A DNA stretch of 42,362 nucleotides from positions 1 through 42,362 of IMG/VR virus record IMGVR_UViG_3300014208_000071; one strand, 5' to 3'. The number at the start of each line of letters is the position of its first letter. Position 1 is the first letter of the stretch. Shown in pieces: positions 35,593 through 42,362 of the stretch. A program made the translations under genes and the position numbers. Source of the stretch: a virus. Taxonomy: Duplodnaviria; Caudoviricetes. The notes beneath the pieces were generated by a model that worked only from the letters and a program-made list of their open reading frames with translations, searched no databases and was not told the origin of the DNA.

Positions 35593-35929
35593 ACAAGCAC
35601 TCGATTCTATTCAAAAAGTAATAGAGAAAAATCTTGATGGAAATACTGTAATTCTAGATCCTTGGAAAATTGTAGAAGATCATTTGTATATGTTATACGG
35701 AGTAGGCTTTGATGAAGGCAGGGTGTATTATCAGCATAGAAAACCCATAGCTTGCTATAAAGAAGGGAAGATGGTTTGTAAATATGATAGTCTACATGAT
35801 GCTTCTAGATATTTAAAAATTGGAAGACAAGCAATTTCTAAAGCATTAGTCACCGGAGGAAAATGCAAAGGCATGACTTGGCAGTATCTAAATAGAAAAG
35901 GTGGGAGGTTAACCACTTCTCCCACCTAA
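35561..35929 (+). CDS. NUMOD1 HTH-containing protein
   Basis: KPI..Y..G......YDSLHDASR.L.I....IS.......CKG.TWQY. Confidence 0.7.
   Translation: MKKMKQDTAVKQALDSIQKVIEKNLDGNTVILDPWKIVEDHLYMLYGVGFDEGRVYYQHRKPIACYKEGKMVCKYDSLHDASRYLKIGRQAISKALVTGGKCKGMTWQYLNRKGGRLTTSPT
35890..35927 (-). terminator. rho-independent terminator at the convergence of the two arms
   Basis: AGGTGGGAG (35899-907)/CTCCCACCT (35919-27) stem followed by TTTTCTATTT on the - strand. Confidence 0.65.
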
Positions 35930-35975
35930 TCAAAAATCCCAACTTCACTGATCCACTGTATGTAGAAACAAAAAT

Positions 35976-36221
35976 CTACTCTTCAGGCTTCGGATCTTTT
36001 GCAAACAATCCGACAATCAACATAATAAAGGCTACCACAGTTCCCAAGATGGTAGTAAAATCACCACCAGGAATTGCTGCTACAATTGCATCCCAAGCAT
36101 TCTTCAACGCTTCTTTGTCATCTGCGCTGATGATACCAAAAATAACCAAACCTGCGAGCAAGAATCCGATAAGCGACGTCAGTGTCGTCCAGATATGCTC
36201 TTTGTCAAACATTTTTTTCAT
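35976..36221 (-). CDS. holin-like 2-TM protein
   Basis: Two TM helices, charged C-terminal tail, next to the endolysin. Confidence 0.7.
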   Translation of the reverse strand: MKKMFDKEHIWTTLTSLIGFLLAGLVIFGIISADDKEALKNAWDAIVAAIPGGDFTTILGTVVAFIMLIVGLFAKDPKPEE

Positions 36222-36427
36222 TTTCTTTTTGTTTTTAAATGATTATTAACACTCTGTGGTTTCTTTTTCTTTTTGAACAAACTAATAGTATTCTTTACTG
36301 CTCCTACTACTGAAGGGACAATCCAACTTGCATTTTTCAACAACCATATTCCAACCTGTTTAAGGACTTCTATTGGAATGGTAACTAATTTAGATGCTTT
36401 CATTTTCTCGTATTCTAATAAAACCAA
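36218..36427 (-). CDS. small basic amphipathic lysis-region protein
   Basis: Packed between endolysin and holin. Confidence 0.55.
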   Translation of the reverse strand: MVLLEYEKMKASKLVTIPIEVLKQVGIWLLKNASWIVPSVVGAVKNTISLFKKKKKPQSVNNHLKTKRK

Positions 36428-36905
36428 GTAATCGCAATCCAGTAGTAGGAACTGCTACTGGATCTCTTAATTTCAAAGCGACCTCAATACCCTCTCTACC
36501 TCCTTCACTATCAGTATTGCCCTCTACCGTGATAAGTAGACCCCTTCCCATACCTACGACAATCCCAGCGTGACCAGTCCACTGTTTTACATTGTTGGAA
36601 TAGTTCTGCCAAATAGCAATGTCGCCTACAGCTGGAATTTCATAAGTCATAAATAACGGACTACCTACACAATTTTTATAGGTTTCTACTGCACTACCTG
36701 AAAACACTTTAGCATGTTCTTCAAATCCTGCAGTCTTAACTACCAATTCTGCAAAGTATGCACACCAAGCCTGACCCTGACGCCAACCTGTAAGTTTCAT
36801 CAGTTCCTCAAACTTCGGATCGACAAATCCCTGATTTCCGGCAATTTCTCGCTGCGTTACGAAGTCTAAAGCAGCCTGTAGTATTTTACGCCCAGTAGAA
36901 GTCAT
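36390..36905 (-). CDS. CHAP-domain endolysin
   Basis: WCAYF, GDIAIW, GHAGIV and TVEGNT motifs. Confidence 0.88.
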   Translation of the reverse strand: MTSTGRKILQAALDFVTQREIAGNQGFVDPKFEELMKLTGWRQGQAWCAYFAELVVKTAGFEEHAKVFSGSAVETYKNCVGSPLFMTYEIPAVGDIAIWQNYSNNVKQWTGHAGIVVGMGRGLLITVEGNTDSEGGREGIEVALKLRDPVAVPTTGLRLLGFIRIRENESI

Positions 36906-37231
36906 TTTGAAGCCCCTTCCTTACCCGATAATAGCTTAACTGTAGTCTTACCCAGACTACCTAATCCGATGCCGTTAATCAAAGCAAATACATCCCAAGA
37001 TAACCCTCCACCGATGTTTGCTAAACGGGTAAATAAATAACAGCCTATCAAAGCATATAAAGTACCCAGCATCCAAGCCGACCAATTCAAATGGACAAAG
37101 GATCCAAATGAATACCCTGGCTTTCTTTGAGCTAACGTAAACTTTCCAAAGATATGGACTATGATTCCGAACATCATAAAAGGAATCATGTTTAAAAATT
37201 CATACCAGTTGATTTCATTTACTGTTTCCAT
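36902..37231 (-). CDS. 3-TM holin-like protein
   Basis: Three hydrophobic helices, directly upstream of the endolysin. Confidence 0.65.
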   Translation of the reverse strand: METVNEINWYEFLNMIPFMMFGIIVHIFGKFTLAQRKPGYSFGSFVHLNWSAWMLGTLYALIGCYLFTRLANIGGGLSWDVFALINGIGLGSLGKTTVKLLSGKEGASK

Positions 37232-37284
37232 TTGTCTTGCCTTTGTTTGAGAGTTTTAGTGTTGTAGCCATTATTTATCAAGTG

Positions 37285-37686
37285 TTATTTCGGCTGTGGT
37301 ATTGGTTTAGACTTATTGTTATTTGGTGACGCTCCACGGTCTACTAATTTTCGATCCTTCATAATGAAATCCAATTGCCGCTGAAGTTCAGCCCGTTGTT
37401 CCCGTGTGTATTGCTTTGCCTGCTCGACCTTTACGTCTAAGTCATTCATTCTCCCATTCATTACCTCGTACATCAATGTTTGCGCACGGGATACCATTTC
37501 CATCTGTTTGGTTACTGATGCGGCCTCTCTTGAAGTAGCGAATCCCTGAACAATCATTATTCCGCCGAACGTAACCACGATACCGGCGCAAATCGTAACC
37601 ACCCGAACGGTGTTCAAATGGTATGCTTTTACCTTTTTAAGGATCGAGTAAAGTTCCCTTAAAAATTCAGATTGCTCTTCGCTCAT
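37285..37686 (-). CDS. single-TM coiled-coil protein
   Basis: TM segment followed by a coiled coil; lysis-region position. Confidence 0.65.
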   Translation of the reverse strand: MSEEQSEFLRELYSILKKVKAYHLNTVRVVTICAGIVVTFGGIMIVQGFATSREAASVTKQMEMVSRAQTLMYEVMNGRMNDLDVKVEQAKQYTREQRAELQRQLDFIMKDRKLVDRGASPNNNKSKPIPQPK

Positions 37687-38836
37687 TTAAGTAGTCTTTA
37701 TAAGATAAATGTTCTTCGTTCATGGTTACGTCCCCTAATTTACTACAAATTTCCATGAACTGCATCCGGTCTAAATCGGTTGCAATTCCAAGTTCAATGC
37801 TGGCATACCAGACCTGAAGCCTTACGACTCTGACCCGTTTGGATAATTCAATATATCCTGCAACCGCAACATAGGCTTTACCCAGAATCTCATCATATTC
37901 TTCCAATGCTACGTCCGATAGAAACGAATCTCTGAACTCTTGCGGCCTGTCCCAATTGGTAATCCAACGTCCCTTACTTTGGTATCTACTTAACCGATTC
38001 ATATATCTTTTAACGTACTTCCAAGCCTTACCATAATACGACCTGCCAATTCGGTTTATGATACAATGAACATTCTGTTTGGGATTATTCATCATTGCAA
38101 CAATCAGTTCGGACTTGAGTTCCGAAAACTCATGACCGATACCGCTATTGTTTTGAACAATGAAATTCTTTACCCCTTGTTTTGCACACCACCTGATATT
38201 GTAGGCAATATTGCGAGTGACCGGAAATGGCATCAATAGATGGTGAAACATACAGGTATAATCCCAGATACATAAGTTACCCGTTAACTTCTTCCATCCC
38301 CGTAAATCCTCCCTGAAATCAATCGCCTCATACCTTGTGCCGCATTCAATCGGTTCGTCTTTCGGCACGGTGATCGTTGTCAGCGTTACCATGATATTAG
38401 GCAAGGGTCGGATTGATGGACGTTGGGTCTGGTAGTAAGCAAGCGTGCTGAATTTCTGATCCGGATAACGGCTTGCGATCCGGTTAAGGAAATTAACAAG
38501 GGTTGCCGATGGAGCCTGTTTTTTGCACTGGTCGCACTCACACCAAGCGTTATTATCCCCGATTGAAATGTCGATGATCTTAGCCGTATTGATCTGGCTT
38601 ATCTGGTTACTGACATATTCCAACAGGTCAGGATTGGACAGACAGGGTTGCAGTTTTGACCGCTCTCCGTTAATCAGGGCATAGTACTCAGGATGATCCC
38701 CGAATGACGGCATAAAGATACCTTCCTGAAGGGTATGACACCAATTCGCCGGACGGTCTTTATGGTACCAAACCGATTTGATGTCATCCGTTCCAGGATG
38801 AATAAACTTTTCGTATTCGTAAATCAGGATCTTCAT
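37667..38836 (-). CDS. DUF4838-like protein (putative glycoside hydrolase-like barrel)
   Basis: HT, HPEYYALING, QPCLSNP, WCECDQC, TLAY and IWDY motifs. Confidence 0.7.
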   Translation of the reverse strand: MKILIYEYEKFIHPGTDDIKSVWYHKDRPANWCHTLQEGIFMPSFGDHPEYYALINGERSKLQPCLSNPDLLEYVSNQISQINTAKIIDISIGDNNAWCECDQCKKQAPSATLVNFLNRIASRYPDQKFSTLAYYQTQRPSIRPLPNIMVTLTTITVPKDEPIECGTRYEAIDFREDLRGWKKLTGNLCIWDYTCMFHHLLMPFPVTRNIAYNIRWCAKQGVKNFIVQNNSGIGHEFSELKSELIVAMMNNPKQNVHCIINRIGRSYYGKAWKYVKRYMNRLSRYQSKGRWITNWDRPQEFRDSFLSDVALEEYDEILGKAYVAVAGYIELSKRVRVVRLQVWYASIELGIATDLDRMQFMEICSKLGDVTMNEEHLSYKDYLNERRAI

Positions 38837-39117
38837 TATCCAAGTAATGTGTCTGCTTCTGCTCGTGCGGCAAGTTTAGCATCTGCCACTTTTTTCGCCA
38901 CTTTTTTCTGAACCGCCTTTATAATCTCGTCATCTTTTTCGATAAGAACTTCGGACAGTAATTCAAGAAACAAATGACTACCGGTGATTTGAATATAGGT
39001 GATCTCAAAGGTATTGTCCTTGTCGTAATTTTTATTTACGAATGCGTTAACATCAGTAATATCGGCAACGCCTTCTGCCTGACTTTTCAATAACTTGTAA
39101 ATTTCAATTGCTGTCAT
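38836..39117 (-). CDS. hypothetical protein
   Basis: Packed ORF. Confidence 0.65.
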   Translation of the reverse strand: MTAIEIYKLLKSQAEGVADITDVNAFVNKNYDKDNTFEITYIQITGSHLFLELLSEVLIEKDDEIIKAVQKKVAKKVADAKLAARAEADTLLG

Positions 39118-39136
39118 GATATTTGTTTTTTAATGA

Positions 39137-40849
39137 TTATCGTACCCCTGCTGCAAGTGCGGCTATATCTTCTGTTGAAAGTAGTTTATCATAAATCCGT
39201 TGATCGTACATACGCCCGTCCCAAGTTCTGTCGCCTGCTGTCCGGTTTCCCCAAACGTGAACTAATCCTGATGCGGGCGTTCCGGATGCAAGGTTAGCCG
39301 TACCAACCAATACCCCGTTGATATAGAAATTTGCGATCCCCAATGTCGTTCGTGTTACCGCTACGTGCGCCCATACTCCGACAGTTAATGCTGTTGGGGT
39401 TGACGTTACAACGGTTGCGCTGTCAGATGCAAATGTCAGGTAATAACTTGAGTTGATTCCGAAAATAGCCTTACTGTTCCCAAATATCCGCCCTGCTGAA
39501 TTTTCCCCGATATAGGTAGGCTGAACCCAAGCCGTCCAAGTTTTATCACCCGTTAATCCGTTAGTGTGTACATAGGTTATTTTTGATGTTAACCCATTCC
39601 ATTGCATCGCCCCCAAATTACTTGCCGGAGGAATGCTCAGCGTTGCCCCACTAACCGTAGCTGAAACCGATTGGTCAGGATCATACCAGTACGTGCCGTT
39701 CATCCCGCTCGGGGTGAGGGAGAGAGTGGAGCCAACCGCAATAACCGTACTGCTGTTTGTCCACTTCGTCGGGGTTGTTCCTGTGGCTACAAATATGGTT
39801 CCGTCTGCATTTGTACCCCCAACATTTACAAAGTCGTCATCTGTAATCCAATCAACTATTTTATATCGTTTGCCAATCGTTAATGTTCCGCTTGTCAAAA
39901 CCGTGTTGCTCGCCCCCCGATCAGCGAAAGTCATCGGGGTGTTGTCGAGTTGATAGGCGAGGACTTCAGTCTGTGATAGGGCACGGTTGAAGAGCTGAGT
40001 CCTATTAATAGAACCGCTTTGAGGAAGATTAGAAGCGTGGCTATACCCTAATTTTAATCCATAAGTGGAATTTATATTGCCAATAGCGGATAGATTTGTT
40101 GTTTCGGTGTCTTTTAAAACACCGTCAACATAAATGTAGACGGCTACATCCCTGTCGACAACAACAGCTATCGTATGCAAGGCATTATCGGCATAATTCG
40201 TAGAGAAATCAACCGTCTGACACAGATCAGTCCCATCTGCTAAATAAAATCGCAAATATGGATCACTGGCTCTTGCAGCCAATGAATAACCTGCCGTTGG
40301 TACTCCAATACCATCCTGCTTATTTATTAGTGTCTGCGCGGTCGCTACTCCTGATTTAATGATATCTCCCCAAATAACTGTAAAATCTCCTAACCCGAAA
40401 TCATGATCTGGGTTGTCGGCTAATAGCACATTGTCATTTACCCCATCCAAATCATACCCCCTTCTCCCGTTCCCCTGACGATCCAATACATTGTAGACGT
40501 CGGTGTTGACGCCATACGTACTTCCTGCAACATCATAACTATAATAATCCTGACGACCCAAAATAGACCCATTTGTCCACGTTGTCGGGGTTGGCCCGGT
40601 AGCGACAAATGAAACTCCTGCTGCGTTCGACGAAGCCCCTACGTTAGTAAAGACATCACCAGAACCGTAAACACCTATCATATACTTTGCTCCTACAACA
40701 AGCGGTGCGGCAGTGATATTAGCCAATGGTTGGCTATGTTCCGCACTTAACGGAGCGTGAAAAATCAGCCCTTTTTGCAGCGAAGATGTTTGCTGGGCCG
40801 CAAGGAGGAGAGGGAAAAGTGCGAGGAGAATAAGTAGTCGAGTTTTCAT
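39137..40849 (-). CDS. LamG/concanavalin A-like lectin protein with signal peptide (tail or adhesin-like)
   Basis: LDGVND, H.IAVV.D...IYVDG and W.HVAVT...FYING motifs; N-terminal MKTRLLILLALFPLLLAAQ. Confidence 0.8.
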   Translation of the reverse strand: MKTRLLILLALFPLLLAAQQTSSLQKGLIFHAPLSAEHSQPLANITAAPLVVGAKYMIGVYGSGDVFTNVGASSNAAGVSFVATGPTPTTWTNGSILGRQDYYSYDVAGSTYGVNTDVYNVLDRQGNGRRGYDLDGVNDNVLLADNPDHDFGLGDFTVIWGDIIKSGVATAQTLINKQDGIGVPTAGYSLAARASDPYLRFYLADGTDLCQTVDFSTNYADNALHTIAVVVDRDVAVYIYVDGVLKDTETTNLSAIGNINSTYGLKLGYSHASNLPQSGSINRTQLFNRALSQTEVLAYQLDNTPMTFADRGASNTVLTSGTLTIGKRYKIVDWITDDDFVNVGGTNADGTIFVATGTTPTKWTNSSTVIAVGSTLSLTPSGMNGTYWYDPDQSVSATVSGATLSIPPASNLGAMQWNGLTSKITYVHTNGLTGDKTWTAWVQPTYIGENSAGRIFGNSKAIFGINSSYYLTFASDSATVVTSTPTALTVGVWAHVAVTRTTLGIANFYINGVLVGTANLASGTPASGLVHVWGNRTAGDRTWDGRMYDQRIYDKLLSTEDIAALAAGVR

Positions 40850-41556
40850 ATGATTCCAATTATTTTAATCTTTTTAGTAGCAGCCGTAAGCGAGTGATAA
40901 TAAATAGTTATTTCCGGTCGGTTGGTTTCGGAAAATAAATTCCAATACACATTAGGGTATCTTACCAGGGGTGGGGTTTCTGAAACATAGTCATATTTAT
41001 AGGACCCTAATCCAAACGCCACAAACTGACTGCCATATACCCCACTGGTTGGTAAATAAGCAATCGTAAATGTTTGATACCCTACGGCTACTGAGGGTTT
41101 ATAGGCAATCATGCGCCACGTAGGTAGTCCGGCATTCGACCCCACTGATTTTGCATAATTTGTTAAATCATCAGCCGTACAATTTATTGCATCTGCATCA
41201 TAAAGAGCTACACCCAAATTGTCGCCTCCATCCAAAACAACATCAAGGCAGTAGACCTTTACCGTTGCCGAATCTAGTACCACTTCTGACGGAAGAGTGC
41301 TAATATCAAACATAAAACCAATGCGCAGGAAAGTCTTAACTCCTAATATATTCTGAACAGTCGTTATTCCAAAAGCTGTATTAGCATCAGCAAATGTTCC
41401 CGATGTTGCTCCCCTTGCAGTAGAATAAATAAGGCCATTGTTGCCTGTTTCAATGGATTTATAAAGTCCCGTTACCGTTACCGATGAATAGTAAACAGGG
41501 TATTCGATTCCTGAACAGGAAACGAAGCAAAGCAATATGAATATTAATTTTTTCAT
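40846..41556 (-). CDS. beta-sandwich (DNRLRE-like) protein with signal or lipoprotein peptide
   Basis: R...MFDISTLP...LDSATVKVY...RPEITI.Y pattern; N-terminal MKKLIFILLCFVSC. Confidence 0.6.
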   Translation of the reverse strand: MKKLIFILLCFVSCSGIEYPVYYSSVTVTGLYKSIETGNNGLIYSTARGATSGTFADANTAFGITTVQNILGVKTFLRIGFMFDISTLPSEVVLDSATVKVYCLDVVLDGGDNLGVALYDADAINCTADDLTNYAKSVGSNAGLPTWRMIAYKPSVAVGYQTFTIAYLPTSGVYGSQFVAFGLGSYKYDYVSETPPLVRYPNVYWNLFSETNRPEITIYYHSLTAATKKIKIIGII

Positions 41557-42362
41557 CGTGTAAAATCAATTCTGATGTCTAACCCTCTTCTTGTTGTTGC
41601 TGTTGGGTAATTAACATCAACCGCCAAAGTATATCCTTCATAAACGGTCGAATAACTCGGATTTATAACTGAGTTTGGATCTCCATAACTCTTTGAATCA
41701 TAGTAGGCATGATAAACCGTACAGACAGTACTAAGTACATCATTATAACTTGACGGTTCCGCACTGTTTGAACGTCTTACCTGAACCTCTACTAACTGTC
41801 CCGTGTTTGTATAACAATGAGCTGCAATCTTGCTAATCTTCCATCCGTCCAGTCCTGAAGGAATAGAAAACTGTGCAGCCCCGGTTGCTGTTTGAACAGA
41901 ATCAGCAGGTGCATAAACCTGTAAAACAACAGACTTTAGTTCTGTTTTAGATGAACCCGCAAGTGCGGATATACTTACGCTAACGGTATTGGCAATAATA
42001 GCATAACCCGTAGCAGTAAGGTGAACGCCATCAGCAAGGTAGTAGGTTGTATTCTCATGAGAAGTTGCGGTATTAAATGGCGAAGTATTACCAAGATCAC
42101 AAATTCCATCAGCAAACGAAGTCCAATTACTACGGATTAACGAATTGAACGCCAATCTCCGGGAATCATTTATACTGGAATTCGTGCAATTTATTTCAGT
42201 GCAGACTATAACCTTCCACCCCTTTTGCCTCCGTTGCTCACAGTAGGCCTTCATTCCCCGGTAGGCCACGTTCTCGCTTACATTGTTAACATACATATCA
42301 TTGATACCTGCCCAAATCACAACAATATTGCGAACCCCAACATTATTGATGTATTTGTCCAC
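41553..42362 (-). CDS. SGNH/GDSL hydrolase-domain tail-type protein, 5' truncated by the window edge
   Basis: Block III GIND and block V DGVH motifs, followed by a beta-rich C-terminal domain. Confidence 0.8.
   Translation of the reverse strand: MDKYINNVGVRNIVVIWAGINDMYVNNVSENVAYRGMKAYCEQRRQKGWKVIVCTEINCTNSSINDSRRLAFNSLIRSNWTSFADGICDLGNTSPFNTATSHENTTYYLADGVHLTATGYAIIANTVSVSISALAGSSKTELKSVVLQVYAPADSVQTATGAAQFSIPSGLDGWKISKIAAHCYTNTGQLVEVQVRRSNSAEPSSYNDVLSTVCTVYHAYYDSKSYGDPNSVINPSYSTVYEGYTLAVDVNYPTATTRRGLDIRIDFTR

Noticed and set aside
35561-35929. Homing endonuclease
   Set aside because: Only a NUMOD1-type DNA-binding domain is present; there is no nuclease domain.
39633-39953. + strand ORFs inside the LamG gene
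   Set aside because: Antisense shadows of a well-supported - strand gene.
1-42362. Genome-wide TAG reassignment (genetic code 15)
   Set aside because: All long genes on both arms are intact under code 11, and several genes end plausibly at TAG (23762, 8096, 35976).

Overview
This window is a 42-kb, AT-rich segment of a tailed dsDNA phage genome. The host is probably in Bacteroidota, judged from a Bacteroides-type SIS-only arabinose-5-phosphate isomerase, a DUF4838 protein, Bacteroidota-style signal peptides and mostly SD-less A-rich starts. Positions 1-35929 are one + strand early/middle arm. It holds small accessory genes, a SNF2 helicase, a phage sigma factor, primase and an initiator/DnaC/DnaB trio. 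It then carries a putative DNA-modification cluster (two radical SAM enzymes, a fold-type-II PLP enzyme, a T4 endo V-like glycosylase and a DUF2156/GNAT-like transferase), a sliding clamp, a split UDG-exo/PolA, a clamp loader, UvsY-like, gp32-like SSB, RecA, RuvC-like, a split SbcC plus SbcD, and KdsD. Positions 35976-42362 are the end of a convergent - strand late arm (holins, CHAP endolysin, DUF4838, LamG and SGNH proteins). The most striking unexplained features are the rSAM/PLP/aminoacyl-transferase cluster embedded in the replisome operon, two tRNA-like RNAs with no usable anticodon, a three-copy phage promoter (AAATCA-N13-CGTATAATA), and structured RNA leaders upstream of the initiator and first rSAM genes. 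All family assignments come from motif recognition by eye; no searches were run.
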